IMG/VR virus record: IMGVR_UViG_3300043478_000020
Location: 1-58,606 of that record
Length of the DNA: 58,606 nt
Strand: one strand, 5' to 3'
Source of the DNA: a virus
Shown: positions 52,245-58,606 of the stretch, piece by piece
Layout of the letters: every line of letters starts with the position of its first letter
Numbering within the stretch: the stretch's first letter is position 1
Translations under genes and position numbers: made by a program
Notes under the pieces: model-generated
What the model was told of the DNA's origin: nothing
The model's database searches: none
The model's input: only the letters and a program-made list of their open reading frames with translations

Positions 52245-52282
52245 GTACGTACAGACTAGTCTTACTAGTTAACCTAGCTAGG
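52245..52282. promoter_or_regulatory. cluster of abutting perfect palindromes (candidate operator or origin element)
   Basis: GTACGTAC (52245..52252), AGACTAGTCT (52253..52262), ACTAGT (52264..52269), GTTAAC (52268..52273) and CCTAGCTAGG (52273..52282). Confidence 0.5.
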
Positions 52283-52321
52283 TGAGTGCCTGTTCGTAGG
52301 CTGTATCGAGTACACATGCTG

Positions 52322-52492
52322 TCACGAAATAGAGACGACTGGTACGGTCACGTAAATAGGAGTATTTCGCCTCGTCTCGATTCGTGAGCCGATCAACTTC
52401 TCTATTAGCGAGTTCAGCCCTGCTCCAGACTGACATGACAGCTTCAGGCTCGTGCGCCCCATGCCATCTTGTACGACAAAATATATAGTCAT
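52322..52492 (-). CDS. small protein (56 aa)
   Basis: Hand translation gives MTIYFVVQDGMGRTSLKLSCQSGAGLNSLIEKLIGSRIETRRNTPIYVTVPVVSIS*. TAAGGAG SD overlaps the upstream stop. Confidence 0.45.
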   Translation of the reverse strand: MTIYFVVQDGMGRTSLKLSCQSGAGLNSLIEKLIGSRIETRRNTPIYVTVPVVSIS

Positions 52493-52501
52493 AAGTGCTC
52501 C

Positions 52502-52774
52502 TTAGTCGTCACTCCAGTCCCTTGGTGTGTGATAGTAACTTTCATCAAACGTCATGCCGCTGGGTCGGGGCACGCTCCCCTGAGCCTGGGTACTCCTCCC
52601 GCCCCACGAGTGCCTACCCACAATGTTGATACGGATGGGTGCTCGCAATAACGCAATCTTCTGATCGCGGGTCAGTTCAAAGCCTGGGTTACGCTCACAC
52701 GATCCATTCGGCCAATTACAATGGTCGGGGCACAGAATCTCTTGATCACCGAAAGCACAGTTCTGTCCTGTCAT
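52502..52774 (-). CDS. Cys-rich small protein (90 aa)
   Basis: Internal ATG 52774, overlapping the upstream stop (ATGA). Confidence 0.5.
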   Translation of the reverse strand: MTGQNCAFGDQEILCPDHCNWPNGSCERNPGFELTRDQKIALLRAPIRINIVGRHSWGGRSTQAQGSVPRPSGMTFDESYYHTPRDWSDD

Positions 52775-53007
52775 GGAGTCCCTTTCTTGGGTTTGTAGAG
52801 TTGTTCCGTCATGGAGAATTGCGGCTGTCCACAGCACCCGTCACACCCGTGCGAATGCATCCAGGGGAGCCATTTGTCGGGGTTGGTTAACAGCTTTGAT
52901 GGATGGCCGATGCCGTGAGGACAGACAATCTCGATGCGAATATTATCCTCGCGTAACAGCGTCGGCCAAATCATGTGCTTACGATCGTCGGTCGTCAAGT
53001 TATTCAT
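52771..53007 (-). CDS. Cys/His-rich small protein (78 aa)
   Basis: ORF track entry. CPHGIGHP...HSHGCDGCC. Confidence 0.5.
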   Translation of the reverse strand: MNNLTTDDRKHMIWPTLLREDNIRIEIVCPHGIGHPSKLLTNPDKWLPWMHSHGCDGCCGQPQFSMTEQLYKPKKGTP

Positions 53008-53336
53008 GATATATCACCTTCTGGTAATAGGCCGACACGAGAGGCTTCCGCGACCAGTGCAGCCTGTACCCGATTGAAATATGCATAATCGTAGAAGTCT
53101 GCGGCAACATGCCAGATGTCGTCTTCATCTTTAGTGAAGACCGCTTTTAAGACTTTTCTGGCTTTTACCTTGGCTTGTGCCTCTTCCAGCTGCGCGGAGA
53201 CATCACGGAGACGGGCAGAGAGTTGAGCATTCCGTTCATCGCATGCGCGAGCACGCTCACGTTCAGCATCGGCTACGAGTTCTGCGGTCGCTAGCAGTGC
53301 CTTTAGTTCATTGGTCGTCAGGTTATTCGTCATCAT
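53004..53336 (-). CDS. coiled-coil protein (110 aa)
   Basis: ORF track entry. Charged heptad-like sequence. Confidence 0.55.
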   Translation of the reverse strand: MMTNNLTTNELKALLATAELVADAERERARACDERNAQLSARLRDVSAQLEEAQAKVKARKVLKAVFTKDEDDIWHVAADFYDYAYFNRVQAALVAEASRVGLLPEGDIS

Positions 53337-53396
53337 GATACCTCTCCCAAATCAGAAAGAGTAAGAAACAGACAGCAAAGGACAGCCAGAACCATT

Positions 53397-53561
53397 TCAT
53401 ATACCTACCGCCCACCCCACACGTTCAGGCGTGTGCTCGGGTGTAAGTAGTGCGGTAATGGCAAATATAATAATCCCTATCATCGCACTGGTAAATAGCA
53501 ACAACAAAAGAAACAGCGCCAACGACATCATGACTTCGATAGCGTTCTCAATCCATTGCAT
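53397..53561 (-). CDS. small membrane protein (54 aa)
   Basis: Hand translation gives MQWIENAIEVMMSLALFLLLLLFTSAMIGIIIFAITALLTPEHTPERVGWAVGI*. GGGAGGA SD. Confidence 0.45.
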   Translation of the reverse strand: MQWIENAIEVMMSLALFLLLLLFTSAMIGIIIFAITALLTPEHTPERVGWAVGI

Positions 53562-53575
53562 AAATGATCCTCCCA

Positions 53576-53995
53576 TTACCGTTTCCTCGCTTTCAAGTGC
53601 CCCAGTCGAGTGAGTGCGGCACGTTCAGAGATAATACGCCCTTGTTGTCCTTGTGTGGTAACACGCCAAACACATTGATCAGGATCGTAGGATACAATAG
53701 ACACAATCAGGACAGGCTCAAACGCTCGATATACAGAGTACAACTTCCGCATTGTTGCGTGATCAATACGTTCGGCACGCTTGACCGGAAACCCCAGCCG
53801 CTGCCCACTTGCCCCCTTCTTCTTCTTCTTCCACATGGTTAACGCTGCCTTTCGTGCAGATTCTGTTGTCCACCGATGGGCCAGACCCAGTTGATGCAAG
53901 GTATCCGCGGCCCGTCGGTACTGCTCCCGCTTCCGCTTCCACTGGGTATCAACAATCGTGCCATTGGGGTTGCGAGTCCAGGGGCGGTGTGTCAT
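53576..53995 (-). CDS. basic protein (139 aa), possible nucleic-acid binding
   Basis: ORF track entry. Arg/Lys-rich with a KKKKK run encoded by (CTT)5 on the + strand. Confidence 0.5.
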   Translation of the reverse strand: MTHRPWTRNPNGTIVDTQWKRKREQYRRAADTLHQLGLAHRWTTESARKAALTMWKKKKKGASGQRLGFPVKRAERIDHATMRKLYSVYRAFEPVLIVSIVSYDPDQCVWRVTTQGQQGRIISERAALTRLGHLKARKR

Positions 53996-54216
53996 TGGAG
54001 GCGTTCAATCTGGGTTGGATGATTAAGAGGTTTATCGCTCAGTGCTCCAATCATCATCAACGATACCACCGCGAGCATGATGGTAGTGACAATGAAAGCC
54101 AATAACGGCTCCCCGTTGGTCGCCATATCCCATGCCATGAACCCCAGCATCGTGAGCAGACCCAGTAACAACAACCCCAAAGACCCCACTAACAGCATCG
54201 TAAAGAATGTCAACAT
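53992..54216 (-). CDS. membrane protein, 2 TM (74 aa)
   Basis: ORF track entry. AAGGAGA SD. Confidence 0.55.
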   Translation of the reverse strand: MLTFFTMLLVGSLGLLLLGLLTMLGFMAWDMATNGEPLLAFIVTTIMLAVVSLMMIGALSDKPLNHPTQIERLQ

Positions 54217-54322
54217 ATTGTGTCTCCTTTATACCAACTCCTGCCAGTGTTTCGGACAAAGAGCGAGCCACACCCGTGTCCAACCCTTCGTAACGTATCC
54301 ACAGACCTGACACACCCCCTGT

Positions 54323-54547
54323 TCAGGTGGATGGTAGTCGGAAGGGTATTGTGCCTTCATGCCATTTTCCCCTACCTGGTATCATGGTTTCGACAAAGTT
54401 TGCCCGCAGGACAATCAGACAATCCTGACACACTTCGTACTCCATGTTGCTAGCGATGGGCTTGACCTTGTATAAGGGGGAGTTGAACCCATTCCCAGGT
54501 AACGGCGCAATATCCTGATCACACTTATCACAAATATACTTCGTCAT
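54323..54547 (-). CDS. zinc-ribbon protein (74 aa)
   Basis: Internal ATG 54547, preceded by AAGGAGACGT. CDKCDQ...CQDC. Confidence 0.5.
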   Translation of the reverse strand: MTKYICDKCDQDIAPLPGNGFNSPLYKVKPIASNMEYEVCQDCLIVLRANFVETMIPGRGKWHEGTIPFRLPST

Positions 54548-54563
54548 ACGTCTCCTTTCTGAT

Positions 54564-54770
54564 TCACAAATAGTACCGTGCGTATTCAACCGCCAGTATT
54601 CGAAAGATTTCATTGCAGACAGCATTGAGATGAAGAAGGGTTGTCCCGTCAAATGCTGTTTTTGCAATCCTCCGAATTTCAGAATCATCAGTGATATAGG
54701 GCACCTGTCCTGTTGTCCAATCGTTAGCCTCAATAAAGAGTCGTGCGGCGGTGTGAACGGAAATGTTCAT
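54564..54770 (-). CDS. hypothetical protein (68 aa)
   Basis: ORF track entry. Has the same AAGGAGACGT-ATG initiation context as 54547. Confidence 0.5.
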   Translation of the reverse strand: MNISVHTAARLFIEANDWTTGQVPYITDDSEIRRIAKTAFDGTTLLHLNAVCNEIFRILAVEYARYYL

Positions 54771-55033
54771 ACGTCTCCTTTTCTATGTGTATTCGACTGA
54801 TACTTCCTCAGCAACCAGTCGGATCGCTGCGGCAGGGTCTGGTTCCGGGGCTGTCCTTCTCCAAATCCTCCGATCGATCCACAGTCGTAAATCTCCAGCA
54901 ATTCGACCAGTGCCGCTAGTTTTGCGCGATAAAACACGACCCGATCCCAGTCCTCCTGTTTCTGCCAGAATTCGATCGCGTTAAGGTGGTCCCGCATTTG
55001 GGCCAGACCCAGTCGAAGGAGATTTCTCGTCAT
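54767..55033 (-). CDS. hypothetical protein (88 aa)
   Basis: Internal ATG 55033, overlapping the upstream stop (ATGA). Confidence 0.5.
   Translation of the reverse strand: MTRNLLRLGLAQMRDHLNAIEFWQKQEDWDRVVFYRAKLAALVELLEIYDCGSIGGFGEGQPRNQTLPQRSDWLLRKYQSNTHRKGDV
54997..55013. promoter_or_regulatory. operator-like site, copy 3 (TTTGGGCCAGACCCAGT)
   Basis: Identical over 17 nt to copy 1. Lies inside the 5-prime end of CDS 54767..55033. Confidence 0.45.
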
Positions 55034-55242
55034 CTCTCCAACCCTCCAAAATCCCACTCATCCATCAGAAACTTGATCGCCAGAAAGTCCCGCCTCGGCA
55101 TGGTGGAGTATGTCAGATCCCCAGGCGGTATCCACGTCCATGCTGCTGTCAGCGTATATCCACGAGACTCAAGATGTGCGATGGCAGGGGTTGAATCCGC
55201 CCCGCCCCAGTACCGTCGTAATGCGTCGGATGCTTGCGGCAT
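55030..55242 (-). CDS. hypothetical protein (70 aa), first gene of the - strand early/replication block
   Basis: ORF track entry. AAGGAGGA SD. Confidence 0.5.
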   Translation of the reverse strand: MPQASDALRRYWGGADSTPAIAHLESRGYTLTAAWTWIPPGDLTYSTMPRRDFLAIKFLMDEWDFGGLER

Positions 55243-55278
55243 GTATAAATTGTCCTCCTTGTTGAGCAGCCAATCACT

Positions 55279-55297
55279 TTTGGGCCAGACCCAGTGC
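55279..55297. promoter_or_regulatory. operator-like site, copy 1 (TTTGGGCCAGACCCAGTGC)
   Basis: Read directly in the divergent intergenic region. Confidence 0.5.
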
Positions 55298-55308
55298 CAG
55301 TAACGCGC

Positions 55309-55327
55309 TTTGGGTCAGACCCAGTGC
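55309..55327. promoter_or_regulatory. operator-like site, copy 2 (TTTGGGTCAGACCCAGTGC)
   Basis: 18/19 identical to copy 1, centre-to-centre spacing 30 bp. The core GGGTC-A-GACCC is a perfect inverted repeat. Confidence 0.5.
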
Positions 55328-55646
55328 AAGATCAATACCACGGGGCGGGAGCGGGGTGCGCCTTAGAGCGAGACGGCTGAACGCTCCAAACTGTCCAGAA
55401 TCGAGCACATCCGGCTGTCCTGGTACAGGATATGCAGTCTGGGTTGGCTCGATCGGTCGGTTAAGGGATTGGGGGATCTCTAGACGATCGGTCGATTCAC
55501 CGGGCGCATATGACGAACAGACACGAATACATGAAACGCCGCAGAAGGATTCTGGCAATGTCGCCACTGCGCATGTAGTCCGCCCATGTTCGCTCGTATG
55601 CGCCTACTTTCGTGTGCTTGCAATCCACGTTGACGGAGGATCAAAG

Positions 55647-57122
55647 ATGCCACACTATGTCCACCTGAAAACCGTAACAGTCACAAAGGAAAACGAGGAG
55701 AACTTCAGCGATCGGAAGTATGCCAGTCGAGAGGAGGCGTTTAAAAATTTCCCCAATCGAACAGACTACACCGTGACGTTCTTACCGACGGATCGGGAGT
55801 GCCGCGAATGGCGACGGCGTGAAAGTGAACGATTCGAGGATGGAACCTATCAGTATACGCCTTGGTCGAATCACTACCTCGTACAGTACAAAACAGAAAC
55901 GGCTAATCACTTTGCTCACCTCTCGACCGCCCATCCGGGAATGGTCGCCTATACACCCTCAGAAGAGTTTGGTGTAGCGGATCGGCAGCTTCGGGTACGG
56001 CCTGGGAAGTATTTAACCCAGTTTTACGGCAGTGAGTTCTCCCAAGAAACGATTGACGACTACTGCGGGGAATGCGAGTCAGTAAACTTTGAACTCCAGA
56101 TCGCCCGCAGTACGGAAGATATCGTCACGATTTACAGCAATCCAGATGTAGGGTTTCATAGCTGTATGCAGGCACGCCCGGATGGTGAATTCGAATACGG
56201 GTGGCAAGAGCAGACGGACTATGATTCTGACCTATTTATTCATCCGGTATCTGTCTACGGCGAGAGTGACCTTGCTGTCGCATACCGTGGCCCGCTGGAT
56301 ATGCCGAAACAACGTGCCGTTGTGTGGCCGGAGAAGAAACAGTACGTCAGGATTTATGGTAATGGTTCACTTCAGACGTTACTGCACAATGCCGGATACC
56401 GTCACGTTAATAGCTTTGATGGTGCCAGGATTCGACGCATCCCGTACCCCCGAAACGACCGATTCTCGGGCAAGGGATTCTACATGCCATATATCGACGG
56501 TAGCGACGGGTGCCACGCCTCATCTGACGGTCAGTGGTTTATTCTCGGATCAGGTGATACCTGTACCGCTGAGACATCGGGGTACGTGCAAGAAGTGTTG
56601 ACGTACGAATGTCCATTGTGTGAGACGCACTACGCACAACAGTACGCCCGTCACGGCAGTGATATGTGTAATACATGCGGAGAGCACTACTACACGTGCT
56701 ACCACTGCCACGACCATATCGACAATCGGGAGACGCCTAGCGTGTATGCCAGTAACAGCCGCATGTACTGCACACCATGCTGGGAAGAAGAATCGGTTGA
56801 ATGTCCGCACGGGAATTGTGGAACTCGTCACATCCCAAATACCTCCGATTATCCCGAAACCGTTCGCACTGGTCAGTATCTCTACTGTCACCGGCATAGG
56901 TATCTCTACACCTACTGCGATCGATGCGACACGCTACACCTTGATACCGCGTGGAGCGATAACAAGAGCCGCTGTCCCGCATGTGAGAGGTATCCTAGGT
57001 GTCTGGATACGCTCGATCTGTTGAATGATTCGATTCTATCGGCTACTCCCGTCGTACCCGATACCATTCCCGCTACATCGATCGACTGGGATAGCGTCGG
57101 CAGTGAAAGCGTGGCGTTCTAA
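55647..57122 (+). CDS. early protein (491 aa) with Cys-rich multi-zinc-ribbon C-terminal third
   Basis: ATG 55647 is preceded by GGAGGA; the GTG 55356 start of the track is unlikely. CPLC, CNTC, CYHC, CTPC, CDRC and CPAC pairs. Confidence 0.6.
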   Translation: MPHYVHLKTVTVTKENEENFSDRKYASREEAFKNFPNRTDYTVTFLPTDRECREWRRRESERFEDGTYQYTPWSNHYLVQYKTETANHFAHLSTAHPGMVAYTPSEEFGVADRQLRVRPGKYLTQFYGSEFSQETIDDYCGECESVNFELQIARSTEDIVTIYSNPDVGFHSCMQARPDGEFEYGWQEQTDYDSDLFIHPVSVYGESDLAVAYRGPLDMPKQRAVVWPEKKQYVRIYGNGSLQTLLHNAGYRHVNSFDGARIRRIPYPRNDRFSGKGFYMPYIDGSDGCHASSDGQWFILGSGDTCTAETSGYVQEVLTYECPLCETHYAQQYARHGSDMCNTCGEHYYTCYHCHDHIDNRETPSVYASNSRMYCTPCWEEESVECPHGNCGTRHIPNTSDYPETVRTGQYLYCHRHRYLYTYCDRCDTLHLDTAWSDNKSRCPACERYPRCLDTLDLLNDSILSATPVVPDTIPATSIDWDSVGSESVAF

Positions 57123-58294
57123 TGGCTAAAACTACGCTCTTTCACATGCTTACTTACATGCGCCCTGCCGGGTCCGCTACGGAATCGGCATTTATCGACA
57201 AGTATGTGGCGTCTATTCCGGGCGCGACACAAGACATTCACCGGAACTATCACGTTATCGTAGGCGAGAACTCGCCTGTACTGTGGTCGTGCCATACCGA
57301 TACTGTCCACACGCGAGAGGGACGGCAAACGGTACATGTTGATCCTCAGATTGACATGGTCGGACTGTCGCGGAAATCCAAGCGATCAGGTTCTAACTGC
57401 CTTGGTGCCGATGATACGGCAGGCGTCTGGCTGTGCACCGAGATGATCAAGGCTGGCGTGGCTGGTCACTATATCTTTCACTTCGGCGAAGAGAATGGTG
57501 GGATCGGCTCACAAGCGTTAGCCGACAAACCGTACCAGTATTTCGACGGGATCAAGTATGCGATTGCCTTAGATCGCAAGGGCTATAGTGACGTAATTAC
57601 ACACCAGTTCGGCGAATGTGCAAGCGATACGTTTGCCGAATCCCTAGCAAGCGCCATCAATCTGCATATGCCCGCTAGCAGGTTCCCGTATAAGCCGAGT
57701 TCACACGGCATATTCACCGACACCGCAAACTATGTCGGATTGATCGGCGAGTGTACTAACTTGTCAGTTGGCTACTTCGGCGCTCATACGTCGAATGAGA
57801 CCCTCGATTATAGGTTTCTTGATAGTCTACTGTTTGCGCTGATCCACCTGGACGCATCGACGCTGATAGCAGAACGCTTGCCGCAAGATAACGATTTTGG
57901 TTTCGGCAAAGGCTGGACAATCAACACGTCCAGCCACCACTGGAACATGAACGGAAACAGGAATACGCCGAAGCCTAAAGCACTACCCCAACCCGCCATC
58001 AACGCCTTTACGGACTGGTGTATCGAATGCGATCGACGGTTCCAGTACGATGAGTCAACCGCGATTCGTTACACCAAATTCTGTTCCCGCTACTGCGAGG
58101 ATCAGCACACGCTACGCAAGATCAACACTCGGCATGGATTCGATACGACACCGATGGTCGCAGCGGAGTACCTTAGTCCCGACTACTGGGAAGTACAACA
58201 AGCGTTAGCGGCTGATACGGGCGGATCACACTGGGAACAAACCGTGACCCAGCTTGCCTTAACCCTGAAACGCGAAGAAGGAGATAACAACTAA
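57122..58294 (+). CDS. M20/M28-type metallopeptidase-fold protein with C-terminal zinc ribbon
   Basis: CHTDTVH, GADDTAGV, FGEENGGIGS and GAHTSNE occur in the order of the di-zinc peptidase ligands. CIECDRRF...FCSRYCEDQH. Confidence 0.6.
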   Translation: MAKTTLFHMLTYMRPAGSATESAFIDKYVASIPGATQDIHRNYHVIVGENSPVLWSCHTDTVHTREGRQTVHVDPQIDMVGLSRKSKRSGSNCLGADDTAGVWLCTEMIKAGVAGHYIFHFGEENGGIGSQALADKPYQYFDGIKYAIALDRKGYSDVITHQFGECASDTFAESLASAINLHMPASRFPYKPSSHGIFTDTANYVGLIGECTNLSVGYFGAHTSNETLDYRFLDSLLFALIHLDASTLIAERLPQDNDFGFGKGWTINTSSHHWNMNGNRNTPKPKALPQPAINAFTDWCIECDRRFQYDESTAIRYTKFCSRYCEDQHTLRKINTRHGFDTTPMVAAEYLSPDYWEVQQALAADTGGSHWEQTVTQLALTLKREEGDNN

Positions 58295-58512
58295 TGGCGA
58301 TGTTTACGAAACGGCATTACGAAGCGATTGCAGGTATCCTGGCAGCCCATAGGCGTAAGATTCTCGCAGAAGAGGGTAATAGTCCTATCCTATTCAGTAG
58401 CATTCCTGATCTTGATCAGCTTGTACATGAACTCAACTATATGTTCCACCACGACAATCAACGCTTTAAATCGTGGGAGTTTACTAACGCTTGCAGAAGG
58501 CAGGATAGTTGA
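58294..58512 (+). CDS. hypothetical protein (72 aa)
   Basis: ORF track entry. The 3-prime end lies inside the terminal repeat. Confidence 0.55.
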   Translation: MAMFTKRHYEAIAGILAAHRRKILAEEGNSPILFSSIPDLDQLVHELNYMFHHDNQRFKSWEFTNACRRQDS

Positions 58513-58606
58513 GACGGCAGCTCTACCCTACGGTGATAGGGTTTCTCCTCGGGTTGTATATCCGAGTCAAGGTCAAACAGTCGTAACTGAAAAGGAGCTA
58601 GAATCG
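58480..58606. repeat. terminal direct repeat, copy 2 (identical to 1..127)
   Basis: Read directly. Confidence 0.9.

Noticed and set aside
54032-54313. 93-codon GTG-initiated ORF spanning the gap 54217..54322.
   Set aside because: Two thirds of it overlap out of frame with a convincing SD-led two-TM protein gene (53992..54216). The remaining 100 nt are more simply an intergenic spacer.
1-58606. Temperate lifestyle or prophage, CRISPR arrays and transposable elements.
   Set aside because: No integrase, recombinase, CI/Cro-like pair, att-like flanks, spaced direct-repeat arrays or transposase motifs were seen. The window closes on itself as a free phage genome.

Overview
The window is a complete, gene-dense genome of a tailed dsDNA bacteriophage. 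The first 127 nt are identical to the last 127 nt, so it is most simply a closed circular or circularly permuted genome with 58,479 unique bp.

There are four transcription blocks:
(1) A + strand early operon runs 55647..58512 and continues across the junction into 127..702. It encodes a Cys-rich 491-aa protein, an M20/M28-like metallopeptidase homologue and several tiny proteins.
(2) A short - strand block (2828 down to 949) encodes small proteins, several of them hydrophobic.
(3) A long + strand morphogenesis block (2871..33448) encodes small and large terminase, portal, scaffold and major capsid protein. An ~11-kb insert of fibre, lectin and beta-helix genes follows, then neck/tail genes and four large low-complexity putative internal virion proteins.
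(4) A long - strand replication and nucleotide-metabolism block (55242 down to 33408) encodes:
- a UDG-like::family A DNA polymerase fusion;
- a UvrD-like SF1 helicase and a RepA/AAA_25-like ATPase;
- endonuclease VII, an ERCC4-type nuclease and a PD-(D/E)XK nuclease;
- a Sak4-like ATPase, a Dam-type methyltransferase and an Mre11/SbcD-like phosphoesterase;
- a deoxyribonucleotidase and a MazG-like dNTP pyrophosphohydrolase;
- a C39-like peptidase and a GH5-like hydrolase.

I saw no integrase, repressor module, tRNA, CRISPR array, reverse transcriptase or transposase, so a virulent lifestyle is inferred. No tape-measure or sheath gene is recognisable, so tail morphology is only guessed to be podovirus-like.

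The most unusual observations:
- A four-gene, translationally coupled operon of envelope-targeted proteins (46526..48565). One member is a small Tat-signal protein carrying a ~23-residue segment that is 74% identical to the phage's own major capsid protein.
- An adjacent pyrophosphohydrolase plus deoxyribonucleotidase pair next to an SPO1-type UDG-like polymerase that has atypical motif B and C residues.
- Export signals on fibre- and depolymerase-like proteins.
- A four-fold repeated domain spread over two adjacent tail genes.
- Triplicated operator-like sites at the divergent early control region.

All functional calls rest on motifs I recognise by eye and on gene order. No database search was possible.
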